Part shown: positions 49,247 to 64,000 of the stretch, one piece after another
Layout of the letters: each line of letters opens with the position of its first letter
How positions within the stretch are numbered: the stretch's first letter is position 1
Program-made: the position numbers and the translations under genes
Assembly: GCA_048013815.1 (NCBI GenBank)
Contig: CM106585.1
Coordinates: forward strand, 7,936,001-8,000,000
DNA from: Setoptus koraiensis
Lineage: Eukaryota > Animalia > Arthropoda
Length of the DNA stretch: 64,000 bases
Direction of reading: 5' to 3'
The notes under the pieces: model-generated
The model's database searches: none
Told to the model about the DNA's origin: nothing
What the model saw: only the letters and a program-made list of their open reading frames with translations

Positions 49247-50559
49247 AAAGAAGGAAGCCAAAGCTAGCGAGGAAGAAGAAGATGAACATGTTAGTTTAGT
49301 AATACTTGTTTCTGCTGCTTGCCCGATTTGCAGATACATTTGGGCTAACTGGCTGGCTTAGTGTGATGGCGAGCAACAGGTATTACTAATGAATGAGGCT
49401 GGCAAGTTGGTTATCTTTATTAGTGTGATATCACCACAACCACCAGCTATAACTAAAATGTGTAACCGTTAACGTAACGGTAACACTAACAAATATGGAC
49501 TAAACTGCAACTTCAAATGCAAAATTGGCCGTCGTGTGTTTGGACATCATCCTGACTGCACTACCTAGTGTCTATTTCTACTACCCTAAAAGTAATTATT
49601 TAACTATACACAGACAAGTCGCTCTCATCTCATCTCGTCGTCCTCTTCTTCTTCTTCTTCTTCGTTACAAACTGTGTAAAAATACACACAGACATGGTTA
49701 TACACAACGGCAACAACGGCAACAACGGCATACATTAGTGTCGGCGGTGTCAAAACAAGACAATTGACGCTCGCCAATCAGCCAGTTGGCCATACAATCA
49801 ATCAACGATTCAATTCAATTCAACTTGATAAATGTAATCACATACTCACAGCCAGTGTGAGACTTGTAAGAAGTTAAAACTCACAAGTTGTTATATCAAT
49901 ACGATTAGCATCATCAACGATAAGTCTAAATTATTTTCAGCAATCATCAGCGATCGCACAACAATCGTCAAAAAGCATTTTAAACTCACATCATCATTGG
50001 AAGGCTACTCGTTGCTGTGACTGACAACACGATCAAATCAAATTATCAAGCCAGAGACAATATCTCAATTAATGATCAAGATTATGGATTATAGATGAGA
50101 TATCAGCTTACATGTGCTGCCAGAGAGTGGGCCAGCCAGTGAGCCAATGATTTGCTATAAATATAAACGCATTCACAATGAAAGAGTGATAAAAGCGAGA
50201 CAGCGAGAGAAAAATCAACAAACTTTGATCGAGAGTTTCCTCGTTCACACACTCACTGTGAGAAGTACGAGCTCTGTTTTATTCTGACATATCTTCATTC
50301 AATGCCATCCGTCACTAGCCATCACAACAGTATCAGCGATTAACTGTCACAACAATGTCACTCGCTATGTAATGTAACGGCACATGACAGACACTTAATC
50401 AAGCTCGCTCAATTTGTTGCAATTGCAGCCAACGATCTGCATCATCGACATGACATTGCGCAAGATTATTTCAAGTTGTTGCAACTTCCCGTACACACTG
50501 TTCAGATTGTGCAACGTGTTTGCTCCCATTTGAGCGATAGATAGACGCAAGCAAGCAAA

Positions 50560-50690
50560 CAGGCAAACAATTCAGCAAACAATTCAGCAAACGATTCAGA
50601 AAACATTTCAGCAAACAATTCGGCAAACAATTCAGCAAACTAGCAAACAAACTAACTAACGCAAATGACAAACTAGCAAACTAGCAAATG
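50560..50690 (+). repeat. 12-bp (agcaaacaattc)-type array immediately upstream of the NRF-6-like ATG
   Basis: Seen directly. Confidence 0.85.
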
Positions 50691-50695
50691 ACGCA

Positions 50696-53600
50696 ATGGC
50701 CGTTCTGAAAAAGATGTTTGGCTCGCTGACGGGGGGCTCCTCTTCGTCGACGCAACAAGCAACCGATAAACAGTTGAAACAACAAAACAACAAGCAACGA
50801 GCGAATTGCAACCAAAGATGGCTCAAAAAGTCAGCTAATTACGTCCCAGAACACAACAACAACAACAACAGCCACAGGACAGCGCCAAAAGAGAAGAAGA
50901 GGCAAATATTGAGAAGAGTGTCATTAGAGTCGCTAGACAAGAAATCGACAATCAACGATTGCAAATACAGTTATAAGAACGACAAACGACGAAATGATGA
51001 CGCTTTTTGTCACTCTAAAACAAACTTGACAACTTGTTACTCTTCTTCGAAACAACAAACCAAAGCAACACCAAACGGCAGGCAAAATGAGCGCACCTCG
51101 TCGTGGTCGCCGGCCTCGTGCGCACTAATTATAATATTTGGTCTGTTCGCCGCAAACACTCTTATGACATGCAATGTTTATGGTGCCATAATTGCCACAA
51201 CCGGCCAATTGCAGCACGTAGCTGGTCAAAATGACTCATGGTCACCTGTGAACAACACGACAACCGGCACCACCACCGGCAACAACAACAACGACACCAA
51301 CAGCAACAGCAGCGCCAATACAACAGCAGCAGCCGCAGCAGATACCAATCGGCGACCGCTGATTGATTGCTCCGCCATTGCAGTTTTGCTGGACAAACAT
51401 AAAGGTAGCAACAACAGCGAGCTCGCCAAATACCAGAGTGATCTCTCACAGTGTCAACAGGCGTCAACATTGTCGACACCTGTACACAGCAACGGCAACA
51501 ATGATGACCATGTTGGCGTCAACTTGACCACCACAACTACTGGCCCGATCTTGGTTGCGTCACCATCCACAATAAATGAACAGCAATCAACGACAATTAA
51601 ATCACGTGATGATCAACAGCAGCAGCAGCCACAAACAGCAACCACTGTTGCCAGTAGTAGCGGCAGTAGTGTCACTTTTGCCAGCGGTAATTTAATTGAA
51701 ACCACAACCACCACCAGTGGCAACAGCAATGAACAAGCAAACACAGAGGCACCCGAACAAGGTGAACCCAACAACAGCGATGAAAACAAATCAGAGCCGG
51801 AAGAAGATGACAGCGACAACGACAACAGACTAAGCTCGACAGTGTTGGCCAGTGCCAGCGAGGCCGCCGATCAATTAGTGGCCCGACTAAGATCTCGAAC
51901 AGACAGCGATGACAGCGACAGTGACAATGTCGAAAATGACCAAGACAGTGCCACCACAACGACCGCCATCGATGACCACCAGTTGTCCTCTACGGCCTCT
52001 ACGAACAGTTCAACGGCTCAATCGGACGGGACCGAAACCAGCAACAGCAGCAGCAGCAGCAGTGCAATCGATGTAAGATCCGTTGAAGATCAGCCCGAAT
52101 CGATACAATATCAACCGCTGACGTCCGAAGCAACTGCGGACCCCAGAGAAAACAATAAACAGTACAGAGACGCTCTGAGGACATACGATAAATGGGTGAG
52201 CTCCGCTAGCGATATAATAGAGTTGTTTGCAAGAAAATTGTTGCCAATAATTGCAGAGCACGGCTATGAAGTGGACACTAGAACAATGACTGGCGTGTTG
52301 CAAATTTTCAACGCCATTCGGGCCCTCAAGCCGTGGGCGCTCAAATTATTGGACGCAAGCGCAAAAATAACACCGGGCCTTCTGAGGGGCACTCAGTCTG
52401 ATTTTGGCGATTACGACGAATGCTTGTCAATAGTGTCAGATGATGATCCCTCCGTAAGGGGCCAATATTGTTTGGCCGATATTGAATTTCCGAAGCCGCC
52501 GAGGCGCACGTTTGTCGACGACAACGGCCAACAGACAATGGAACCGATCGAGTTACGCAGACCTCTGTTGGATTTCAACACGACTCGTTTCAAGGACACA
52601 GTGAGTAATAATATTACTGTTAATTGGTTGTGTTTTGTTAATCGCGTATGAATCACTTGACAACAACAATTGCTTGCCTCCCGTTCCACTGATTTGCAGA
52701 TTTTCATTGAGACCGCCAATTTCTTTCACATGCTAAACGTGGATCCCATTCGAGTGGGACTTTGTGTCACCAACCAAGTGGAGCCCGAAAGTCTCGAAAC
52801 TGTGTTCAACAAGGGTAAGTAACTAATTATCATTATAAATACTATATATTATGATTTTGACAAGTTAATCCAGTGTGAATTAATTGCCAATTGTGTCGCT
52901 GTTAATGGTGATTAATTGCGTTCGTTCGATTAGTGTTCGACGAATTTAAGGTGAGCATTCATTTCAAGGGACGTTGTGTGGTGCAAAATCAACACGTTGA
53001 ATGGACCTCCTATCAGAAGATATCGTTTTACATAATAAAGACAATGGTAATATTGGTCATTATTAGCACCATCATGGATATCATTTTCGTCAAAGTCAGC
53101 AGTAAGATGATGAGAGATTTTTTCAAATTGTACGACCTATTAAAATACGATAAGCTTATGACTAGTTTCTCATTGATTAGAAACACAAAACGTTTGTTCA
53201 AAGCAAACAAGATACGAACGCTGGACGCTTTAGAGCAGGTCAGCAACAAAACTTCGTCAACGTCATCGCTAGAGGGAATATCGTCGGCCTCCTACTCCTA
53301 TCTAATATCGTCGGCGGCATCATCATCGTCGTCGTCGTCACTAACAACCAAGTCGCAACAACAGCAACAGACACTCGCCAATTCGTTAAACCATTCGCCC
53401 AACAACGGTCGTTTGAGTGATAATCTGCAGATTAATCTCAAGCAGCAGCAAGCTAACAGTTGCCAAAACAATCAGGATGATATGATTATTTATGACGTCA
53501 ATCCGACCATTTCAACCGTAAATTGTTATGCAACAACCAAACAACAACAAATGAGCAGAATGTTGAGTCCATCAGCATCAGTATCAACAGCAGCATCTCA

Positions 53601-56600
53601 TTGTATTATTGATGGATCGTCAGCATCAAGCGACAAACATCAACGAGAAGCACTAGTCAAAAAAAGAATCACCAATGATGATATGTTATGTCTGCATGGT
53701 ATTCGTGTCTTAACCATGATCTGGATGATAATCAATCACACTTATCTGTTCGGTGGCTTCTTTGTTTTGTGGGCCTACAGACGTCTAATTGATGTTGCCG
53801 AGTGGCCAAAATCGTTGCCATTTCAATTGGTTTTGAATGGTTGGCTTACAGTTGAGACATACTTCTTTTTGAGCTCAATGATTATTGTATTGACGTTGTT
53901 GCCCATGATGGAAAAATACAAACAAAAAGTTGTAAAGAATATTGAATCGTCTAAAGCCATCAACAACAGTAAAAGAACATCGAGTAATTTCAACTATTTG
54001 ACGTTCATCTTGCATCGTTTGGTGCGTCTACTGCCAGCCTACATTGGTGTTGTCTGCTTAAACTTTCTCTGGCCTCTTATATCGTCAGGTCCGGCGTGGC
54101 TAGTGAAAGGGCCCAGCTTTATACAGGAACCTTGCGAAAATTACCTGTGGGGCAATTTTTTGTTTATCAACAATTGGTTATGGCCAGAGAAGATGGTATG
54201 TATATAAAATGTGTAATAATATAATTGCGGTGGATCTAGAAATGTCTAACCAATTGTCTGTGTGTTGTCAACACATAGTAGTACTAATTTTGTTTTATTT
54301 AAATTTTATTTATATTTTTATTTAATTATTATTATTATAATTGTTGTCTTGCTCATTAGTGCATGGTTCACACTTGGTATCTTAGCGCGGATTTCCAATT
54401 ATATCTTATAGCGCCTCTAATTGTTTATCTGTTATACAAGTAAGTATAGTGTATAGTTAAGCCATATGGCAGTATAATGGACCGACGCAATTCAATGACA
54501 ATGGAAATAGACGATTCTTAGTCGCTTCCTTGGTAGATATATTATTAGCCTAGTAACAAGAGTTGTCGTCGTCGTGATGATTAATAGTCGACTCACATAA
54601 CTGTTACTTCATATTCAAATTAGCTAGCATTTCAAGCGCATTAGAATCAACATAATCAAGGCAGTCAAGATGTAATAACACATCTTCAATTATCAGGCAA
54701 CCCTGTCTGTCTGTTTGTCTTTGCTAATCATTCTTATATCAACAACAAAAACAAACAACAAGATGTAAAGGGTAGTAGTGGTAGTTGTAGTTCGATTATG
54801 TAACTGATCATTTACAAAGTTACTGCTGTTTGCACTGCTTAGTGTTAGACAAAAGAAAGGAAAAAGAAGAAAAGTACCGTTTCCATGAGAAGAAGAAGCG
54901 TGGGACGGCTGAATAGTTTTGTTTCAGTGTATTATAAAATAGTATATAAAAGAGAGAAAGAGAGACGAATCCAATGGCAGTAATCATAACGGTGATACCA
55001 GTATATAAACATTATTAATATCCAACAACTAAATATAGTAGAGTAGTAGATATAAAGAAGTATAACAAGTAGTTGTCGCTCTCAAAATAGCTAGTGATAA
55101 TATCTTGCCTTAAGTCAAATCAATTAGACTAGCTATGATTAGCGACTGCCAGACGGACGAGCGTATGAGAAAGAGAAATGGGAAAGAAAAAATGGGAACA
55201 CAACAGGGAAACAGATAAAGCGAAGGCAGTTACTTCAAATTGCAGCTAGCTAGCAAAAGTGGATCTGATCTCACTTCTATATTTATGTTTCATTAGCCAT
55301 ATCCATATATATTCATATTCATTTTGTTTGTTTATTGTTATTCAAATAAAACAATGAATCCTCAAGCGTTACTCAATAATCTTGTTCGAATGCCAAAAAT
55401 GTCTAGACTAGCTGATATTGATAATATAGAAAAAAACATACACGCTAATTAACCTTGATAGCAGTCGAATCTAGCCTAATCATTACAACATTAGGTAATA
55501 CCTGGAACAAGAAAAAAAGACAACTTATGACTGCAACCTGCCTGACATGCTAGACACGATATGAGTGCTAACTATCTTGCTATTGTTAGTTTGTGTGTGT
55601 GTGACTTACCTACTGATTTGTATCAGACGGAGGACAAAAGAAATATTGAGACAACTCTTAATTGACATCGACATATTTGCACATCAAACTCGATGAAGCT
55701 CACTTATATCTGTCACCATAACCATGAAACTTTCTGAGCATGGCAAAACTTAATTAATCTCTGATTTTGTTCTCGACCCGTTCGTTATGGTTTAATCATT
55801 GTAGAAGACCTTACATCGGACACAGTGTTAATTTATTGGTGGCTATAGTGGCTTGCATAGTATCGGGGTTGGTTATTTATGTAAACAAGCTTGCTCCTTC
55901 AACTCTGATAAACAAGCTGGAATTTGAGTGAGTACACACACAAGCAAGATATTTCTCGCTTTGCGAGGATCGCTTTTATATCGCCAAGAGATATCATCAG
56001 TAATTGTTGACTTAAACTAAAATCTATCTTTTTCAAAATGAATTCTTGGTAACATGGTCCATCTAATCGATCAGTTCCATCAAGAAACAATTACACTATT
56101 CCTATTTTGCTACATATCAACACATGAGTCCTTATTGCATGGGAATATTTGTTGGTTATCTACTATTCAAGAAACCAGATATTACACTACCGAAACGATT
56201 GACTTTGACTCTTTGGATTGTGTTACCACCACTGTCATTTACAACTCTATTATTAACTTATTTATGGAACGGCGCTTACGATGATTTGAATATGATTAAT
56301 CCATCGCCATTAGTTTCGTCTATTTATGTTGCTTTACATCGATTTATTTGGACTTCATTGTTAGCCTGGATTGTATTTGCTTGTATAACTGGCAGAGCTA
56401 GATTTCTAAATAATCTATTATCATGGCCCATGTTTGTTCCAATATCAAGGTTGAGCTTTTCCATTTATTTGGTACATTTACCGGTGATAATGTTCAGAGC
56501 TTTAAACATTCGTCAGACTATTGAATGGACTGATACAAATATGGTAAGAATTATTAAATGAAATTTAATTGTGAATGATTTCAATACAACAATTGATGTT

Positions 56601-58075
56601 GTTCAAATGGAAGGAATTGAATTCATTCACTTTCATTTCTTCTCTCGAGCATGAACACAAACAACTTCTGAAGTGAACCTACGCTAGATACACAAGACTA
56701 ACATGACAATAGACAAATAGATTAACACACTTAATAAGCATCTCTTTTTCTAATACCAATTAAAAACTAATCATTGTCGTTTGCTATTCACACAAAAACT
56801 TGAAATTCTGCATATTCACAGTTATGGGAGGCAAGTGGAAACTTCACGGCAAGTGTTCTTGTCGCCTATTTAATTAATATTATGTTTGAGTCACCATTTA
56901 TAAACCTTGAAAAAGTGTTGCTTGGGTCCGAAAAGAAAAACAAGCGCAAAGATTCTTTTGAAGAACTTGAATATTCCGAGGATCAATCATCTAATAGTGA
57001 GGCACCCAATTGTGACGATGACTTTAAATTGAATGGAGCCAAAGTGGTGATGGAAGCACATAACAACCTCCAGAGTTTGCCTATATTGACGGGTGTTGAT
57101 AGATCAATCGCAAAGCTATCAACAATTCATACAGATAGCGATTCATCAATAAGTTTAAGTAAAAATAAACCCTATAATAGGACATCACGCAAGCGACACA
57201 CTGTCATAGGAACGGGCAAGTCCAATAGTGATACAATATCGTTGCCTGTATCTGACGAAACAACTAATTTGAATGAAAAGCCAATCAGACCGCTAAATTT
57301 ACCTCGCTCAGGTAATTACCATACTCTAAGTAGAATAAACAGCGAACGGAATGGATTAGCAAGCAACAATACTCTCGGAAGTCGTGGTCGCAAATCATTA
57401 ACAATGAATGAATCATGCTATCAATTGGAAGGGACTATTCCACGACTATCACCTTTTTATGGAACTGGGATGATGAGAGCCAGACTAAGACAAGACCGAC
57501 ACAAACCAGGTCGAATAGTACAAAACAACCGACAACAATTGCAATACTCCTCAGATAATTTTCTCAGAGAAGAAGACAAATATGAAAATCGGACACTGAA
57601 CAGTAGCAGTCTCTACAAAAATAATCAATTGAGTCAAAACCAACCTGATCTGAGTTATGGTTTAATGATACCAAGAGTTAATACATCGACATTGAACAGA
57701 CTAGGATCTAGGTTAGAAATAAATTATAATAAACAACGGAACGCACAGGATAACCAAAAAAAGTTTAGTATAGTGAAGAATACCAAAAATACAGCTGAAG
57801 TCGGCAAGGCGTCTCTTGTTGACACAAGAGACGATTCATTAACTACTCAACGGACAATGCTTGACGTGGTACCAACTTATGAGATCTCAAGATCATCCAT
57901 CCTGAACTCTCTATCTCAACAAATAGCTCAACCACATCCGGCAATGAGTGTAGATTCAAGGTTCGATTTTCCAGAGGAGGATCGAAATGATTCAGTCACA
58001 CCGACAATCATGTCAAACGCGAACGATTTTGAAAATGTAGCTGAATCGTCCATTGACATGGTTTCGACATTGTGA
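50696..58075 (+). CDS. NRF-6 (nose resistant to fluoxetine 6)-like / acyltransferase_3 membrane protein, about 1735 aa; exons 50696-52600, 52700-52814, 52934-54195, 54360-54439, 55805-55927, 56075-56543, 56822-58075
   Basis: NRF domain WALKLLDASAKITPGLLRG...DFGDYDECL...GQYC. AT3 motifs CLHGIRVLTMIWMIINHT, NGWLTVETYFFLS, RLVRLLPAY, NFLFINN, HTWYLSADFQLY, SRLSFSIYLVH, FESPF. All six introns are GT-AG with matching phases (0,1,0,2,2,0). Confidence 0.92.
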
Positions 58076-58426
58076 TAAAAAAAAACTAATCAACTTTTAC
58101 AATAACATGAGGACAGACAAAATCTAACTATAATAATAATAAAAATTGTTTGGCCTGAATTAAGTTGAACACGATTCGTTTATCCGTTATCAATCCAAAA
58201 CTTCGACAATTGTCACGAAAAAATATTTGTATACCGGATATGTTCGCAATAGCTGACAGAGGGTGGTTTGCTGATTGCTAGGATTTTATATAGGATGGAA
58301 TCATCCATTATAGAAATTTGTAAATTCGAAGAGACGATGAAACTTGGTGATAGTAATCAGTGCAGGCAATCAATAATCGACTATGGTAAATGAAATCAAT
58401 TAGGCCAGAGTTTTATTATTTTGCCA

Positions 58427-61117
<2,691 letters not shown>

Positions 61118-62334
61118 GATGAATAATTAAATGTGAATAGAAGATGCCAATCTAATAATTACAAATGATAATAATACTATGGCGTGTCGGGTTCGCTTGT
61201 GTATTTATGTATAATGGTGAGTCCGTGTGTATATAGATATGGATATATATGTATGTAGATGTGTGGTGATAGTATGGTTAAAATATTATTGTGTATTATG
61301 GTCTGTCTGTATGCTCGTCTAGGTATATACGCATATATCTCAATATGTATGTATGTATATATATATTTGTATGTATAGATGTATAATAATAATTATATAA
61401 TAATAAAATATGTTCAATATGGGCTGATGATAATACTAGCAACAATCGTAACAGTCATATAATAGAAGGATTTATAATAGATTAGGGCAAGCAAGAATAT
61501 ACAATTTGTATAATTGTCATATTAATTGTATATTGATATTTTTAATATTATTATGATAATCATTATTGTTATTAGTTAATTCGTTCTTTCCTCCGTTCCT
61601 CCACACACAGTTCTAACCTCCTGCGAGTCTCTCTTTCTCCGCCACACTAAGTGTGCGTGCGTGTGTGAGTGAGTAAATGTGTTTGTATGTGTGTGTGTGT
61701 GTGCTCTTCTTTGGTGCGTCTGTATCAATTCAGCAGGATCAACTAAGCGTTTGTGTGTCAATATATCTACAGCCTACACAATACAAGCATTTTTGCCCGT
61801 CTGTCCGTCTGTGCGTGTCCCTTTACAAGGCCTGCGCTAGTGTGAACAGGGTGCCACCAAGCAAATAGAATAAATTCAATAGAAATGTTCCACGTGCCTC
61901 CAGTAATGCATTTTCTGTGCACCGCAACACAAAAGTATCGTTAATGTGTGCAATTAAACAAATGGCCACTAGGGGGCGTTCATTTGGTCAACATGCTCGG
62001 CTACATATTCTAGTATAGATATTTATATTTATGAGATTGAAGTTGCCATAATACATAGTTGAGGCGCCTCTCTCGGTGAACAACCCCAAGCACAATTGCA
62101 AGCGCAACTTTCTTGGTGCACAGTGTCTGGTTTGTGGTCATAAACTGTGCACCAGTAAGTCTGGTAGTGGTGGCATCACGATCAGCGTTGCTAGCACTAA
62201 CAGACCAATCGTGCACCACATAAAACAGCGGTGCATCGAAGCGCACCCAAATTCAGTTCGCACGTCATGTACCGATGCGCGGCACATTGAGTTTATAGCA
62301 CGCCCGTTTGATTATTACACTTTTCAGAGTGTGT

Positions 62335-62406
62335 GAACGAACGAACGAGCGAACGAATGAGCGAACGAACGAACGAATGAGCGAACGAACGAACGAACGA
62401 ACGAAC
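62335..62406 (+). repeat. (GAAC)n tetranucleotide tract between the divergent gro and COPE genes
   Basis: Seen directly. Confidence 0.92.
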
Positions 62407-62943
62407 AGACGCACGGACGAGGAGCCAACTATAGGAGCTGGGAGAAGCTCTCACTTTGCCCCCAGCTTGTGTATATTTCTATCCAACCGTCATCATGAAT
62501 GTCTCAAACTCAAACTTGAACTTATCGTGGTTGTGGTCGCGTTGTAGCCTATATAGCATGCACTATAGCAGCACAAGTTGTCGACCATACACACAGCACT
62601 GGAATTCACAAAGCGCCAAAGCGAATAGAAGTCCTTTTTATATTTTTACTTGTCTTTTTATATGTGAGCAGCACTAACCTTGACAAAGCCAATCGACTAC
62701 TGCCTTTTCGCCTGCCACAACCAAATGTGCACCCTTTTTGTGTTCACTGTGCTATCGCGTTGCCATCAGCTGATTCAGATAAAATACTGTTGTTCATACT
62801 GACAAGCGATACACTCTCTATCACAGCTTGCAGGCCAGCTTCGACTGATTTGTTCGATCAGATGATATTTGTATCACTGTAATCATTGTTATCCTCTTTA
62901 TTTTTTTACAATTCCAACATTCTCAGCTCATTTTTACCACATC

Positions 62944-63828
62944 ATGGACGCCTTATTCGAAATCAGGAACAACTACCATTTGGGCAACTACCAATCTTGT
63001 ATAAATGTTGCAAGCAGATTTAGATCCTATGATCAAGCTCAACAAACAGAATGTGACTTCTACATGTATTTATCTTATTTCGAGCAACGAGCTTATGGTG
63101 TTATATTGAGCGAAATCAGTGACTCAAAGCCTCAATGTTTGCTATATTTGAAGAAAATGGCCCAATATAAGCAAGGAGATCGAGCAAAGAAAGATTCCAT
63201 CATATCAGACCTGGACAAAACAATGGATACTATTGAAAGCAATGAGTTGTCTTGTCTTGTTGTGTCAGCCATCTACGCACAAGATAAAAATATGATTTCT
63301 GCACTGAAGGTTTTACACCCGATTGACACTATCACTAGTTCGGCGGCTAAGATACAACTCTATTTAGCAATCGATAGGCCTGATCTGGCTAAAAAGCAAT
63401 TGAAACAAATGCAAGATAAAGATGAATATGCCACACTGACTCAGCTAGCTTCCGCTTGGCTAAGTTTACATACAGGTGGCACAAAACTTCAGGAGGCGTA
63501 CTACATTGTTCAGGAGCTGATAGATAAAAATGGGGCCACGGCTTTATTGCTCAATATACAAGTTTGTTCGCTGATGTCCAGACAAATGTTCGAGGAGGCA
63601 AATGAGCTCTGTCAGAAGTCTTTCTTATTGGATGGCAATAACCCAGAGACTTTAGTTAATTTAATCGTTTTGTCTCTTAATTCCGGACAGTCATACGAAA
63701 TTACCAACAGGTACTTCAATCAACTTAAAGAATTGTATCCATATCATGATTATGTTGCTGAATATTCAAACCAAGAGGCTCGTTTCGATAGGTTATTGGC
63801 CACACAATTGAGCTCAGCGCCTGCCTGA
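62944..63828 (+). CDS. COPE: Coatomer subunit epsilon, 294 aa, intronless
   Basis: MDALFEIRNNYHLGNYQSCIN, IQLYLAIDRPDLA.KQLKQMQDKDEYATLTQLA.AW, KLQEAYYI.QEL.DK, LLLN...C, NPETLVNLIVL, RYFNQLK; TPR-helical epsilon-COP pattern. Confidence 0.93.
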   Translation: MDALFEIRNNYHLGNYQSCINVASRFRSYDQAQQTECDFYMYLSYFEQRAYGVILSEISDSKPQCLLYLKKMAQYKQGDRAKKDSIISDLDKTMDTIESNELSCLVVSAIYAQDKNMISALKVLHPIDTITSSAAKIQLYLAIDRPDLAKKQLKQMQDKDEYATLTQLASAWLSLHTGGTKLQEAYYIVQELIDKNGATALLLNIQVCSLMSRQMFEEANELCQKSFLLDGNNPETLVNLIVLSLNSGQSYEITNRYFNQLKELYPYHDYVAEYSNQEARFDRLLATQLSSAPA

Positions 63829-64000
63829 AACATACTTGATGAGGAATCTCAATATTTAAATAAAACACAGAAGTCAGAGTCGGACGGTATGTTACGCAGT
63901 GGGACTATATATCAAATGTTTTCAAATTCCTCTACTGGTAGCGAGCGTTAGCTCGAGCTTCGCTTTATTCGAATCATAATCACCATGGTTGAGATCGCAG

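Noticed and set aside
49106-49360. Acidic open frame (KNDGDGDCDHDDDD...EKKEAKASEEEEDEH) upstream of the NRF-6-like gene
   Set aside because: Driven by an (ACG)n microsatellite; no ATG or clear acceptor.
63922-64000. Possible C-terminus of a convergent gene (…DLNHGDYDSNKAKLELTLATSRGI*) on the minus strand
   Set aside because: Only 25 codons inside the window; cannot be supported.

Overview
Eukaryotic (animal) genomic DNA, most likely an arthropod with a compact, intron-poor genome. A mite is my guess from gene style and repeat landscape, not a determination. No prokaryotic features, CRISPR arrays, rRNA, tRNA or recognisable transposase were found. Seven protein-coding genes are supported: an FLVCR-family MFS transporter (+, 17280-18773), an atypical secreted/anchored PEBP (-, 21205-22212), METTL6 (+), Rae1 (-), a very long NRF-6-family acyltransferase (+, 7 exons), Groucho/TLE (-, 3 exons) and coatomer epsilon (+). 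Two large non-coding blocks (about 1-14.5 kb and 22.3-43.7 kb) are dense in microsatellites, short tandem duplications and quasi-palindromes; most ORFs the track lists there are repeat artefacts. Best leads: (1) a 540-bp inverted duplication of the PEBP 3' end that brackets the FLVCR gene and creates a chimeric ORF whose frame survives a 1-nt plus 5-nt indel pair; (2) 18 PAR-bZIP-type TTAYGTAA sites in the first 14.6 kb, about 1 expected; (3) a 93-nt GC-rich pre-miRNA-sized hairpin at 40061-40153; (4) a PEBP with a degenerate ligand pocket and signal/GPI-like ends. All counts and alignments were done by eye. I did not find clear evidence of a wholly new multi-gene system.
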